A DNA stretch of 64,000 bases from an uncultured Acidobacteriota bacterium (GTDB taxonomy: Bacteria > Acidobacteriota > Terriglobia > UBA7540). Within the stretch, counting starts at the first letter, position 1. Every line of letters starts with the position of its first letter. Shown piece after piece: positions 37,646-46,627 of the stretch. The stretch is from positions 128,001-192,000 of the forward strand of contig CAWDSK010000003.1 of assembly GCA_963804995.1 (NCBI GenBank), given 5' to 3'. The notes under the pieces are model-generated. The model had not been told where the DNA came from. It ran no database searches and worked only from the letters and a program-made list of their open reading frames with translations. Position numbers and translations under genes: made by a program.

Positions 37646-38595
37646 GGCAATTTCTTTGTGGCGGGGTGCAGAATCCCGGCCAGATTTTCCAGCGCGTCAA
37701 TCAATCGAGGACAGGGCCGCATGATGGTCTCTGAAACAAAGTAGACTCGCTGATTTTTGACGGCGGGCATATCCCTCCACCCCGGCAGGTTTTGAAATTC
37801 ATCGAGACCGGGCGCGAAGGCTTCGGTCTGAGGAAAAAGAATGACGTCCGGATTGCGCTTCAGAACTTCCTCCAGACTCAGGTGCGGCCATTCACCCCTC
37901 AGATCATTGCTGATTGAAATGCCTCCGGCGCGAAGGATGACATCGGCAATGAAGGTCTGGCTTCCCGCCGTGATGAGGGGGCGATACCAAACCGCGAATA
38001 GCACTTTGGGCTTCGGCTGGCCTTCGACCCGCTTTTCAATAGCCGCCGCTCTCTCCCTGAGGCGAGCAACCAGCTCTTGAGTTTGTTGCTGCGCCCCCAG
38101 AATGTTTCCCAAGTCCGCGAGGGATTGGATGGTTCCATCGACCGTATGGGCAGTCACTCCGTAAAGCGGAATGCCGAGGCTCGCGAGTTGGTCCGCGGTC
38201 TCCCGCCGGTTGGCTTCATCGGTGCCCAAGACGAGGTCGGGTTTCAGCGCTACGATTCTTTCCAGACTGGGATTGATCATCGCGCCCACGTGCGGCTTGG
38301 AGCGAGCCTCCTCAGGGTAGTCACAATAATCCGTATCCCCCACCAGCCGGTCGGCGAGCCCCAAGGCGTAAAGCGTCTCGGTAATGCTGGGCGCAAGAGA
38401 AATAATGCGCTGCGGATGGTCAGGAACGTTGACGTGCCGGCCGGTCTGGTCAATCACCTCGCGCGCTGGGGCCAGCCGCACTGACAGGAGGATTGCGAAG
38501 GCAAAGACCCACAGGGGTCGCACGAATCCGCGGTGTTGGCACGGCGAGCCCGGCAATCCGTATTCATGAAAGCTTCCGATCACAACCCGGCGCAT
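37642..38595 (-). CDS. btuF: Cobalamin-binding periplasmic protein
   Basis: PQRIISLAPSITETLYALG, CDYP, ERIVALKPDLV, RP.PRL; start estimated (38595 or 38523). Confidence 0.85.
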   Translation of the reverse strand: MRRVVIGSFHEYGLPGSPCQHRGFVRPLWVFAFAILLSVRLAPAREVIDQTGRHVNVPDHPQRIISLAPSITETLYALGLADRLVGDTDYCDYPEEARSKPHVGAMINPSLERIVALKPDLVLGTDEANRRETADQLASLGIPLYGVTAHTVDGTIQSLADLGNILGAQQQTQELVARLRERAAAIEKRVEGQPKPKVLFAVWYRPLITAGSQTFIADVILRAGGISISNDLRGEWPHLSLEEVLKRNPDVILFPQTEAFAPGLDEFQNLPGWRDMPAVKNQRVYFVSETIMRPCPRLIDALENLAGILHPATKKLP

Positions 38596-38610
38596 CCCGT
38601 CAAACTCCAC

Positions 38611-38684
38611 AATAAAAAAGCTCCGCACACTCTTGAGAAGGGCGGAGCTGGCTCCTCCCACTCTTTCTCGCGAAGAGTGTGCGG
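38611..38684 (-). terminator. Riboswitch expression-platform terminator
   Basis: 12-bp stem CCGCACACTCTT/AAGAGTGTGCGG followed on the minus strand by AGCTTTTTTATT. Confidence 0.65.
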
Positions 38685-38723
38685 CGGGAACGATCATCGC
38701 GAAAACGCGACGCATCCCGATGA

Positions 38724-38930
38724 ACCCAGGCAGGTCTCCTGACTCGCGGCGTAGTAACGGCCCTGCAACGCCTTCCCACCCAATTCCAGCTTCTGCTGAC
38801 TTGAGCAGTGGCTTCGTCCGGCAAACCCTCCGCCGGTCGAACCCGCAGGGCCCACCGCTTACAGTGGCGGGACCGTGGCCGATTTGCACGGCCTTCCCTC
38901 TTGTTCCTCGCCGGCAGCGAGAACCTGGGT
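38724..38930 (-). ncRNA. Cobalamin riboswitch
   Basis: AGGGAA, GTGCAAATC, CCCGCCACTGT, AGCCACTG, GGGAAGGC and B12 box AGTCAGGAGACCTGCC upstream of btuFCD. Confidence 0.95.
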
Positions 38931-39068
38931 CTGTGCTGCAAAACCGCATTTCGAGCCATTCCAGCGCCCTGCGCAAGCGGCGGCATGCTGACTCGAAGCG
39001 GGTCATCAGTCTAAGGCGCGAGATTTTGTTTGTCAAACCTCTACGCCTCGTCAACAATAGGCAGTGCC

Positions 39069-40034
39069 ATGCGACGCTGCATCCTAGCTGCCATTCTGAT
39101 ATCACTCATGGGCGTTTCCCTGCCCCTCCCTGCCAGCGCTCAAGAGGTCAAATTGCCACCGGGGGTCGGATGGATCTATTTGCAAACCGGGTCCCGCACC
39201 ATGGTTCCCGGGTCCGGCTCACTGAAAGGCAAAACAGTTAAGATCGGCCAGGGAAGCCTTGTCCCTGTGTTCAACACCAGGACGAAGGATGGAGTCAAGT
39301 CAGCTCTCGTCCGAATCTTCGATCTGGGCACGGCCAATCTGCAGGTTGGATGGGTGGAGGTGGCGCAAACTGACGTCCTGCCGCTGGATTCCTACCCGAC
39401 CGACTCTGACTTGCTGCGACAACTCGGCGAACCCTATTTGGATGATTTCACGGCTGCGCACACGCACTTGGCAAGATTCCTGCTCCGGCAAGGTCCGAAC
39501 CCGCCGATCCTACTTTGCTACGTGTACGCGAACCCGTTGCCCGTGGCGAAACTCGTAGCTTTTACGCCCAGCCAGGGAAAATTCCTTCTCAGCGCTTCAC
39601 TCGACTACTCCATCAGTAATTTTAAGGCGGGGATAATCCTGATGGATATCCGCGATCTCCTGGGTGATGGGGAAGAATGTTTAATCACCCACGAACCCTT
39701 TCAGGAGGGGCCCGACTCCACGGGTACGAACGTGGTCATCAGGAGGATTGAAGGAAACAAGTTTCAGACCCTCTGGCAGGCGCCCATGGGATATCGAAAC
39801 TTCTCGGTATTTACCTCAAAGATACAAATTCTTCAACCCCCGGAAAAGAACATCGGAGCGCCCGGCACGGTGACCGCCGGCGATGTCACATTCCGCCCCC
39901 AGGGAAAGGGGCAGGCGCCGGTCTGGAAAGGCAAGGTCGAGTTTTTCGCCTTCGGCCGCGAAAAACCTGTCGATTCGGTGTCTATCGAAAAAATGTGCCC
40001 CTGGGACGGAAAACAGTTTACGCCGTTGCGGTGA
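39069..40034 (+). CDS. Hypothetical secreted protein
   Basis: Signal peptide ending ASA-Q, long ORF with native-like composition. Confidence 0.7.
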   Translation: MRRCILAAILISLMGVSLPLPASAQEVKLPPGVGWIYLQTGSRTMVPGSGSLKGKTVKIGQGSLVPVFNTRTKDGVKSALVRIFDLGTANLQVGWVEVAQTDVLPLDSYPTDSDLLRQLGEPYLDDFTAAHTHLARFLLRQGPNPPILLCYVYANPLPVAKLVAFTPSQGKFLLSASLDYSISNFKAGIILMDIRDLLGDGEECLITHEPFQEGPDSTGTNVVIRRIEGNKFQTLWQAPMGYRNFSVFTSKIQILQPPEKNIGAPGTVTAGDVTFRPQGKGQAPVWKGKVEFFAFGREKPVDSVSIEKMCPWDGKQFTPLR

Positions 40035-40153
40035 GGGTCAGGCGCGTGAAATTTGTGGGATATCTGAATTATAATCTGGCGCGCTGGCGATTGCCGCTGA
40101 CCCTCAGGGCGCGCCGCTGAGAAGGTTGAAGTCATCGCGCCCGGAGCCTTCCC

Positions 40154-40801
40154 ATGGAGGAAAACCTACTACCGCTGTTTCCCCTTGAACTCGTACTCCT
40201 TCCCGAAGAACCCCTGCCGCTTCACATTTTTGAAGAACGCTACAAAACGCTGATTGGCGAATGCCTGGAGGCGAAGGCTACGGGAAAAGGCCAACAGGAA
40301 TTCGGAATCGTCCTCCTGCGGGGCCAGGAGTTGAGCAGCGTCGGCTGCACCGCGCGTATCGTCAACCTCACACGCAAATATGAAGACGGGCGTATGGACA
40401 TACTCACCATCGGCAAACAGCGCTTTGAGATTCTGCTGACCAATGAGGAAGCACCCTACCTGCGAGGCGCCGTGGATTATTTCAGCGACAACGAAGGGAA
40501 AGATGCGCCTGACGATGCGGAGGCGGATCAGGCCATCGAGCGCTTTCGGGAAGTCATTAGAAAATTGCGCCATGCCTCCGAGATGCCCATCCATCTGCCT
40601 CGCCCCTACCGCTATCTATCCTTCCGCCTGGCGGCCTCACTCCCCCTCGAGGTTGAATTCAAGCAGCAACTACTCTCCCTTCGCAACGAGCCCGAGCGTC
40701 TCAACCTTGTGGTCAGCGCCATGGATATGCTGATGAATCAGCTTGAGCGCGTACAGAAGGCACAAAAAAAGGCGGGCGGGAATGGGAACGTCCACCCCTG
40801 A
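40154..40801 (+). CDS. LON peptidase substrate-binding domain protein
   Basis: LPLFPL...PLPLHIFEERYK, DGR.DIL..G..RF, KQQLL. Confidence 0.9.
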   Translation: MEENLLPLFPLELVLLPEEPLPLHIFEERYKTLIGECLEAKATGKGQQEFGIVLLRGQELSSVGCTARIVNLTRKYEDGRMDILTIGKQRFEILLTNEEAPYLRGAVDYFSDNEGKDAPDDAEADQAIERFREVIRKLRHASEMPIHLPRPYRYLSFRLAASLPLEVEFKQQLLSLRNEPERLNLVVSAMDMLMNQLERVQKAQKKAGGNGNVHP

Positions 40802-40859
40802 CTTGCTGGCTCTCCAAAGAGGCGTTGAGAATTAATCCCGCGCCCCTACCCGTTCATTG

Positions 40860-41169
40860 GGTAGTGTCCTAGTTTGGAAAAAAGCCCCAAGTGACCCCTC
40901 ACCCGTCCCGCCCCGGCTGATGAAAACGCCGGCTGCGGTCCACCCTCTCCCCTCGGAGAGGGCGGTTGCTCAAGGTAAGGTGCGGCCCCGTAGCCACCCT
41001 GAGATCATAGCCTTCTCCCTAGGGGTCGCAGATCCGCCGTGGCGGAAGAAGGTGGCTGACGTAGGAGGCCAGATGAGGGGTTACTTACACCCGCAGGGCG
41101 TCGAAACAATTTGCAACTTATAAATTCAAAAACCATTAGCCCGGCGCTACGTCAAACTAGGACACTACC
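40860..41169. mobile_element. 310-bp MITE with 17-bp TIRs and 8-bp TSD
   Basis: GGTAGTGTCCTAGTTTG ... CAAACTAGGACACTACC flanked by GTTCATTG (40852-40859, 41170-41177). Confidence 0.9.
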
Positions 41170-41223
41170 GTTCATTGAGTTAGCTTGCGGCCTGCCTTAT
41201 AATGAAGGTGGGGCTAAGGGCAA

Positions 41224-42690
41224 ATGCAAAAACCAATAACGCTGGGCGAGCTGAAGAAGTCTCCGTATCGAAGTGTCAGTATCAAGGATGAGATGCGCGC
41301 GAATCTCCTCCGCAAACTCGCGGCGGGAGAAACCATCTTCCCCGGTATCATCGGGTTCGACGATACGGTCACTCCGCAAATCGTCAACGCCATCCTCTCG
41401 AAACACAATTTTATCTTGCTGGGGCTGCGGGGCCAGGCCAAGAGCCGGATTCTGCGCTCGCTGGTTGCCTTGCTCGATGAAGCGGTGCCCATCGTCGCGG
41501 GTTGCGAAATCAACGACGACCCGCTTAAGCCCATCTGCCGAGCCTGCCACGAACGCCTGCAGGAGTTAGGGGATGCGACGCCGATCGATTACCTTCCGCC
41601 TGACCAGCGTTACGTGGAGAAGCTGGCGACACCGGACGTGACGATTGCCGATATCATCGGCGACCTTGATCCCATCAAGGCGGCGCGGGGCGGGCACACG
41701 TTGGCCAGCGAACTAACGATTCATTACGGCTTGCTGCCTCGGGCCAACCGCGGCATCTTCGCCATCAACGAATTGCCTGATTTGGCGGGCAAAATTCAGG
41801 TGGGCCTCTTCAACATCATGCAGGAGGGCGACGTCCAGATCAAAGGCTATCCGGTGCGCCTGCCGCTCGATGTCGCATTGGTCTTCACTGCCAATCCGGA
41901 GGACTACACGGCGCGCGGCAAGATCATAACTCCCCTCAAGGATCGCATCGGCTCCGAAATCCGCACCCACTATCCCGCCACGCTCGAGCAGGGAATCGAA
42001 ATCACCACGCAGGAAGCCTGGACTGACCGCAACGGAGAAAAGCCGCTGGTGATTCCGCAGTTCATGCGGGAAGTCATCGAAGCGATTGCCTTTGAAGCGC
42101 GCGCCGATAAGCGCGTCGACAAACGCAGCGGCGTCAGCCAGCGTATGCCCATTACCTGCCTGGAAAATGCGGTCAGCAGCGCTGAGTACCGCGCCCTTAA
42201 GAATCGTGAGACAAAAGCCGTTCCGCGGCCTTCTGACATTTACGCTGCCCTGCCCTCTCTTACCGGCAAGCTGGAACTTGAATATGAGGGCGAACTTCGG
42301 GGACCTGACACCGTGGCGCGGGAAATCATTCGCCAGGCGATGGCCAAAGTATTCAAAAGGTACTTCGACAATGTTCCTCTCCACTCCGTTGTGCAATGGT
42401 TCGAGCTTGGGGGAGCATTGAAGTATTCACCCCAATCCTCCTCCGAGGATCTTTTCCAGCAATTCAAGAAAATCCAAGGACTGCTTGAGAAGACCCAGAG
42501 TTTGGGCCTAAAAGCCAAGGATGACCCTTGCCTGCTGACCTCGGGTGCGGAGTTTATTCTGGAAGGACTGTACGCGCTGAAACGCATCAGCCGCAACGAG
42601 GAATTGGGTTACCACACGGAACATCGTGCACCCGAGAAATCTGACGAGGAGCCCACCCCGTTGAGTCCGCGACGCCGTCCTTTGAATTGA
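41224..42690 (+). CDS. Magnesium-chelatase-like AAA+ ATPase
   Basis: GLRGQAKS, INELPDL, FTANPEDYT.RG.IITPLKDR; upstream of a VWA gene. Confidence 0.85.
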   Translation: MQKPITLGELKKSPYRSVSIKDEMRANLLRKLAAGETIFPGIIGFDDTVTPQIVNAILSKHNFILLGLRGQAKSRILRSLVALLDEAVPIVAGCEINDDPLKPICRACHERLQELGDATPIDYLPPDQRYVEKLATPDVTIADIIGDLDPIKAARGGHTLASELTIHYGLLPRANRGIFAINELPDLAGKIQVGLFNIMQEGDVQIKGYPVRLPLDVALVFTANPEDYTARGKIITPLKDRIGSEIRTHYPATLEQGIEITTQEAWTDRNGEKPLVIPQFMREVIEAIAFEARADKRVDKRSGVSQRMPITCLENAVSSAEYRALKNRETKAVPRPSDIYAALPSLTGKLELEYEGELRGPDTVAREIIRQAMAKVFKRYFDNVPLHSVVQWFELGGALKYSPQSSSEDLFQQFKKIQGLLEKTQSLGLKAKDDPCLLTSGAEFILEGLYALKRISRNEELGYHTEHRAPEKSDEEPTPLSPRRRPLN

Positions 42691-42765
42691 GGCGCCCGGG
42701 ACCCGGCGTGAGATAAGGACGAAACTCGCTAACCGTCCGGCGATTTTCGATCTTCGAGTTTCGGT

Positions 42766-44022
42766 ATGAAATACGTCAAGTACTCCAAATACGTTGCCGA
42801 CCTCTTCGATGATTTGAGCGCGGAAGATCTGCTTCAAATGCTGCAGGACTTCCTTCTCGACAGTGGATTCTACGAACAGTTTCAGAGCATCTATGAGATG
42901 GACCCCGAGCGGACCATGGAGCAGCTCCACCAGGCATTGCTGGAGGCCCTGCGCGAACAGGGAAAGATCCCTGACGAGCTTCTGCAACAAATGCTGCAAA
43001 ACTGGGAGGATTATCAGAAGTCCGAGTTGGCGGAGAAGATCAATAAGCTGCTTGAGCGCCTTGCCGAAGAGGGTTACGTCACCATTGAACCGCCCAATCC
43101 CAGCCAGGGAGAATTGATGGAGCGAGCCAATCAGGGCATGGCCGGGCCCGAAGGTAAGGCCAAGTTTGAAGTCACCGACAAGGCGCTGGATTTTCTCGGG
43201 TTCAAAACCCTGCGGGACTTGATGGGTTCACTCGGCAAGTCCAGCCTGGGCCGGCATGATACGCGCGAACTCGCCACGGGGGTCGAGTCCGAAGGCTCCA
43301 GCCGCCGTTACGAGTTTGGCGATACCATGAACCTGGACGTCAACGCGACCCTGCTCTCAGCGATTCAACGCAATGGGCTGCAAGTCCCACTTGACCTCGA
43401 TTACCAGGACTTGCAGGTCCACCAGTGCGAATATCAGAGCTCTTGCGCGACTGTCTTGATGCTGGATTGCAGCCACAGCATGATCCTGTACGGTGAGGAC
43501 CGCTTTACACCCGCCAAGAAAGTTGCGCTCGCCTTAAAGCACCTGATCCAAACCCAGTACCCTGGCGACACCTTACACTTGGTGCTCTTCCACGACTCAG
43601 CGGAGGAAATGCCGCTTTCGGAGCTGGCCAGAATTAAAGTGGGCCCCTATTACACGAATACTCGCGAAGGCCTGCGGCTCGCGCAGCGCATCCTTTCACG
43701 GCAGAAGAAAGACATGCGCCAGATCGTGATGATCACCGATGGCAAGCCCTCGGCTCTCACCCTCGAGGACGGCAGGATATACAAGAACGCCTTCGGACTT
43801 GATCCCTTGGTCGTATCTGAGACCCTGCATGAGGTGGCTCGTTGCCGCCGCAACGGTATCCTGATCAATACCTTTATGCTTGCTTCCGACTATGGATTGG
43901 TGAACTTCGTTCAGAAGGTCACGGAAATCTGCCGGGGCAAAGCCTACTTCACCACCCCTTATACCCTTGGGCAATACCTCCTGATGGATTACATGAAAAA
44001 GAAGGTTAAACATATCCATTAG
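42766..44022 (+). CDS. VWA domain protein
   Basis: MIDAS LDCSHSM, TNT, ITDGKP. Confidence 0.88.
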   Translation: MKYVKYSKYVADLFDDLSAEDLLQMLQDFLLDSGFYEQFQSIYEMDPERTMEQLHQALLEALREQGKIPDELLQQMLQNWEDYQKSELAEKINKLLERLAEEGYVTIEPPNPSQGELMERANQGMAGPEGKAKFEVTDKALDFLGFKTLRDLMGSLGKSSLGRHDTRELATGVESEGSSRRYEFGDTMNLDVNATLLSAIQRNGLQVPLDLDYQDLQVHQCEYQSSCATVLMLDCSHSMILYGEDRFTPAKKVALALKHLIQTQYPGDTLHLVLFHDSAEEMPLSELARIKVGPYYTNTREGLRLAQRILSRQKKDMRQIVMITDGKPSALTLEDGRIYKNAFGLDPLVVSETLHEVARCRRNGILINTFMLASDYGLVNFVQKVTEICRGKAYFTTPYTLGQYLLMDYMKKKVKHIH

Positions 44023-44037
44023 CTCGGGAAGAAGCCT

Positions 44038-44547
44038 ATGCCTACGCTGACCGCAGGTAAGACCGCACCAACCTTCCAGCTTGCCACGATAACCGGGGAA
44101 ACACTGTCCTTGCAGGTGGCGCTTGCCAAAGGGCGGGTTCTAGTGGCCTTCTTTAAGGTATCCTGCCCGACCTGCCAATATACGTTCCCGTATTTGGAAC
44201 GCCTCCACCAGCAGTTTCGCGGGCAGGGCGTCCAAATCTGGGGAGTCGTACAGGATAAAGCGCAAGACGCCGAGAAATTTGCGGCAGCCTTGGGAGTGAC
44301 CTTCCCGATCCTGGTCGACGATTACCCTTACAAGACCTCGCGGGAATACAACTTGAAGTATGTTCCCACCCTATTCTTGATCGGGCCTGATGGCCGCGTC
44401 GAGATGTCCAGCGAGGGCTTCTGCAAGTCAGACCTCCTGGCGATGCAGAAATCTTTGGGCCAGGCGCTGTCGATAACACCCTCCCCGCTCTTCCTCCCCT
44501 CGGAAAGAGTCCCCGAATACAAACCTGGCTGAGGGTCGAAAAGCTAG
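44038..44547 (+). CDS. TlpA/AhpC-TSA-like thioredoxin-fold protein, likely C-terminal selenocysteine (PG-U-GSKS)
   Basis: CPTC redox motif, VPTLFLI; TGA 44530-32 followed by GGG TCG AAA AGC TAG and a SECIS-like hairpin. Confidence 0.75.
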
Positions 44548-44566
44548 GCTTGGTTCAAGCCTTTTT
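44546..44566 (+). promoter_or_regulatory. SECIS-like hairpin / possible terminator
   Basis: AGGCTTG-GTT-CAAGCCT then TTTT; loop 20 nt after the UGA. Confidence 0.55.
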
Positions 44567-44623
44567 CACAAAAGACGCGGATGGGGAATAGGGGCGGGTA
44601 CGGTGCGTGCTGCATCGCAATGA

Positions 44624-44788
44624 CTATGGAATCTCTACGTCCGCCAGTCCCTCGCGCTTTTTATGTTTGGGTTGCTTCTTGCGACGGTCCTGGTGACGTT
44701 GCACCGGGGGCGGAGATCCCACCTGTGCTCGTGCCAGTCGCTTGACTTCCTTCGTAGCCTGGAAACGCTTGCGCTTTGCTGGTTTCAT
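44624..44788 (-). CDS. Small basic hypothetical protein (54 aa)
   Basis: MKPAKRKRFQATKEVKRLARAQVGSPPP...KPKHKK-like; ATG just downstream of selC. Confidence 0.55.
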   Translation of the reverse strand: MKPAKRKRFQATKEVKRLARAQVGSPPPVQRHQDRRKKQPKHKKREGLADVEIP

Positions 44789-44825
44789 TGTTCTAGAAAG
44801 AAGGCAAATCTCGGGCGCAAAAAAT

Positions 44826-44920
44826 TGGCGGAAGTGTGTCGGAATCGAACCGACCGGTCCACCAAAGGCAGACCCACAGGATTTGAAGTCCCGGACGGAC
44901 ACCAGCCCGCATGCACTTCC
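44826..44920 (-). tRNA. selC: tRNA-Sec (anticodon UCA)
   Basis: 95 nt; 6-bp D stem with 4-nt loop, CTTCAAA anticodon loop, long variable arm, GGTTCGATTCC, GCCA end. Confidence 0.95.
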
Positions 44921-44970
44921 GCCTTGATTTTAGGCGACTCGAATCTCAGCGTCAACTTCGGGGCGCCGGT

Positions 44971-45080
44971 GGTAGTGGTACAGTTTGGTGTAGAGGGGGC
45001 GGCATTCATCCCGATCTTATTGGGGACTCCGCCATATGGCGAGGTAAACTCGCCGCTACGAGATCAATCTCAACCACCAC
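44971..45080. repeat. Degenerate MITE end plus GTAG...CTAC REP-like hairpin
   Basis: GGTAGTGGTACAGTTTG resembles the 40860 TIR, followed by GTAGAGG...CCGCTAC. Confidence 0.45.
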
Positions 45081-45089
45081 GCCGGCGCG

Positions 45090-46610
45090 CTATTTGGAAC
45101 TCACCAGCTCCTTGGTGGTGGGAAGTTTCGAGGTATCCCATCCCCCGCCCAGGGCTTCGATCAGAAGGACGCTGGCGCTCATGCGGCGAGTCAGGATGTT
45201 CAGCGCTTGCACCTGGTCTTGCAGAAGAATGGCTTGCTCGGTGATGACGCTTAGGTAGTTCACGGTGCCGGCCTTGTACTGATAAGTGGAAATATCCAGC
45301 GAACTCTGAGCTGCCGCCACGGCCTCGTTCTCAGCTTGCGCTTCTTTCTCCAGGACGCGCAACGCCGCCAGACTATCCTCAACCTGCTGGAAACCTACCA
45401 GAACGGTCTGGCGATAATTTGCCACCGTCGCGTCATAGGCCGCCAGCGACTGATTAACAGCGGCGCGGCGCTTGCCCGCATCGAAGATGGTTTCCGCCAA
45501 CTCGGGGCCCACGGACCAGGCACGGCTTGGCCAGGAGATCCACTTCAAAAAGTCGGCGCTTCCAAGACCCACCCCGGTGCCGTTGGCGAGGGTGAGGTTT
45601 GGGTAATAGGCCGCTTTGGCGATGCCGATTTGCTCGTTGGCCTGGGCCATTTGCCGTTCGGCAGCGGCGATATCAGGACGTCGTTCCAGCAGTGTGGAAG
45701 GAACCCCCACCGGCACAGGCGGGGGTGTGATCTTGATGGCACTGTAAGAAATGGAAAGTTCCGCGGGAGGCTTGCCCGTCAGGACGGCGATGGCGTGCTC
45801 ATACTGCGCCCGCGCCACATCATAATCGATCAACTGGGCCCGCGCCGTGTTCAATTGGGTCTGCGCTTGAGCCACGTCCGCGCCCGACGCCACACCATTG
45901 GCAAACCTGTCCTGCGTGAGCTTGAGGTAATCCTGATAGGACTTCACGGTAGTTTCAAGCAATTGCTTTTCGCCATCCGTGCCCCGCAACTCGAAGTAAT
46001 CTTGCGCAAGTTCCGCCTGGTAAGACAGTCGCGCGTTCTCCAGTTGGGCGTCACTGGCTTGAGCAGCCTCGGCGCTCGCCTGAATACTGTGCCGGATACT
46101 CCCCCAGATATCGGCTTGATACGACACATCCACCGGAAGTTCGAAGGTGTTATACGCCTTTCCGTTATTGGTACCAGACGTTCGCGAGTTCACGATGGAA
46201 GGAGCGGCGGAAACGGTGGGGTACAGGTTCGAGCGCGAAATCCGCACGGCGAATTTGGCCTCGCGAAATTGCGCTTCCGCCGCGATGAGATTCTGGTTGG
46301 AGACACTCACCTGCTCTTCCAGGGCATTGAGCTCCGGATCGTTGTAGATTTCCCACCATTTGCCACGCGCCAGGGCGTCACTGGGTTGGGCAGCCTTCCA
46401 CTCCGGCATGTCGGGGGAATTATCCGGAGGAAATTCCTTATAGGCGGAGGGAACCGGCGCCGGTGGGCGCTTGTAATCCGGACCCACGCGGCAGGAAGAT
46501 GCGAACAGGAGCGTTCCTGCTGCCACCAGGAAAATGAGATTATGCAGGGGTGTCCCGCCCAGCTTATTTGAACCAGCGGGTTGGGCGGCCTTCGGAAGTT
46601 TCGATGGCAT
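45090..46610 (-). CDS. RND efflux outer-membrane lipoprotein (NodT family)
   Basis: Lipobox-like C-RVGPDYKRP, WWEIY.DPELN.L, PS.LLERRPDI, ALGGGW. Confidence 0.92.
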   Translation of the reverse strand: MPSKLPKAAQPAGSNKLGGTPLHNLIFLVAAGTLLFASSCRVGPDYKRPPAPVPSAYKEFPPDNSPDMPEWKAAQPSDALARGKWWEIYNDPELNALEEQVSVSNQNLIAAEAQFREAKFAVRISRSNLYPTVSAAPSIVNSRTSGTNNGKAYNTFELPVDVSYQADIWGSIRHSIQASAEAAQASDAQLENARLSYQAELAQDYFELRGTDGEKQLLETTVKSYQDYLKLTQDRFANGVASGADVAQAQTQLNTARAQLIDYDVARAQYEHAIAVLTGKPPAELSISYSAIKITPPPVPVGVPSTLLERRPDIAAAERQMAQANEQIGIAKAAYYPNLTLANGTGVGLGSADFLKWISWPSRAWSVGPELAETIFDAGKRRAAVNQSLAAYDATVANYRQTVLVGFQQVEDSLAALRVLEKEAQAENEAVAAAQSSLDISTYQYKAGTVNYLSVITEQAILLQDQVQALNILTRRMSASVLLIEALGGGWDTSKLPTTKELVSSK

Positions 46611-46627
46611 GGTCTAATTTCTCAATC

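Noticed and set aside
38596..39105. N-terminal 170 aa of the 487-aa ORF
   Set aside because: Runs through the cobalamin riboswitch and terminator; BtuF similarity starts downstream
44789..44902. Upstream part of the 92-aa ORF
   Set aside because: Overlaps tRNA-Sec; the ATG at 44788 is the plausible start
44600..45090. Integrative island at selC
   Set aside because: No integrase and no duplicated tRNA 3' end seen in the window
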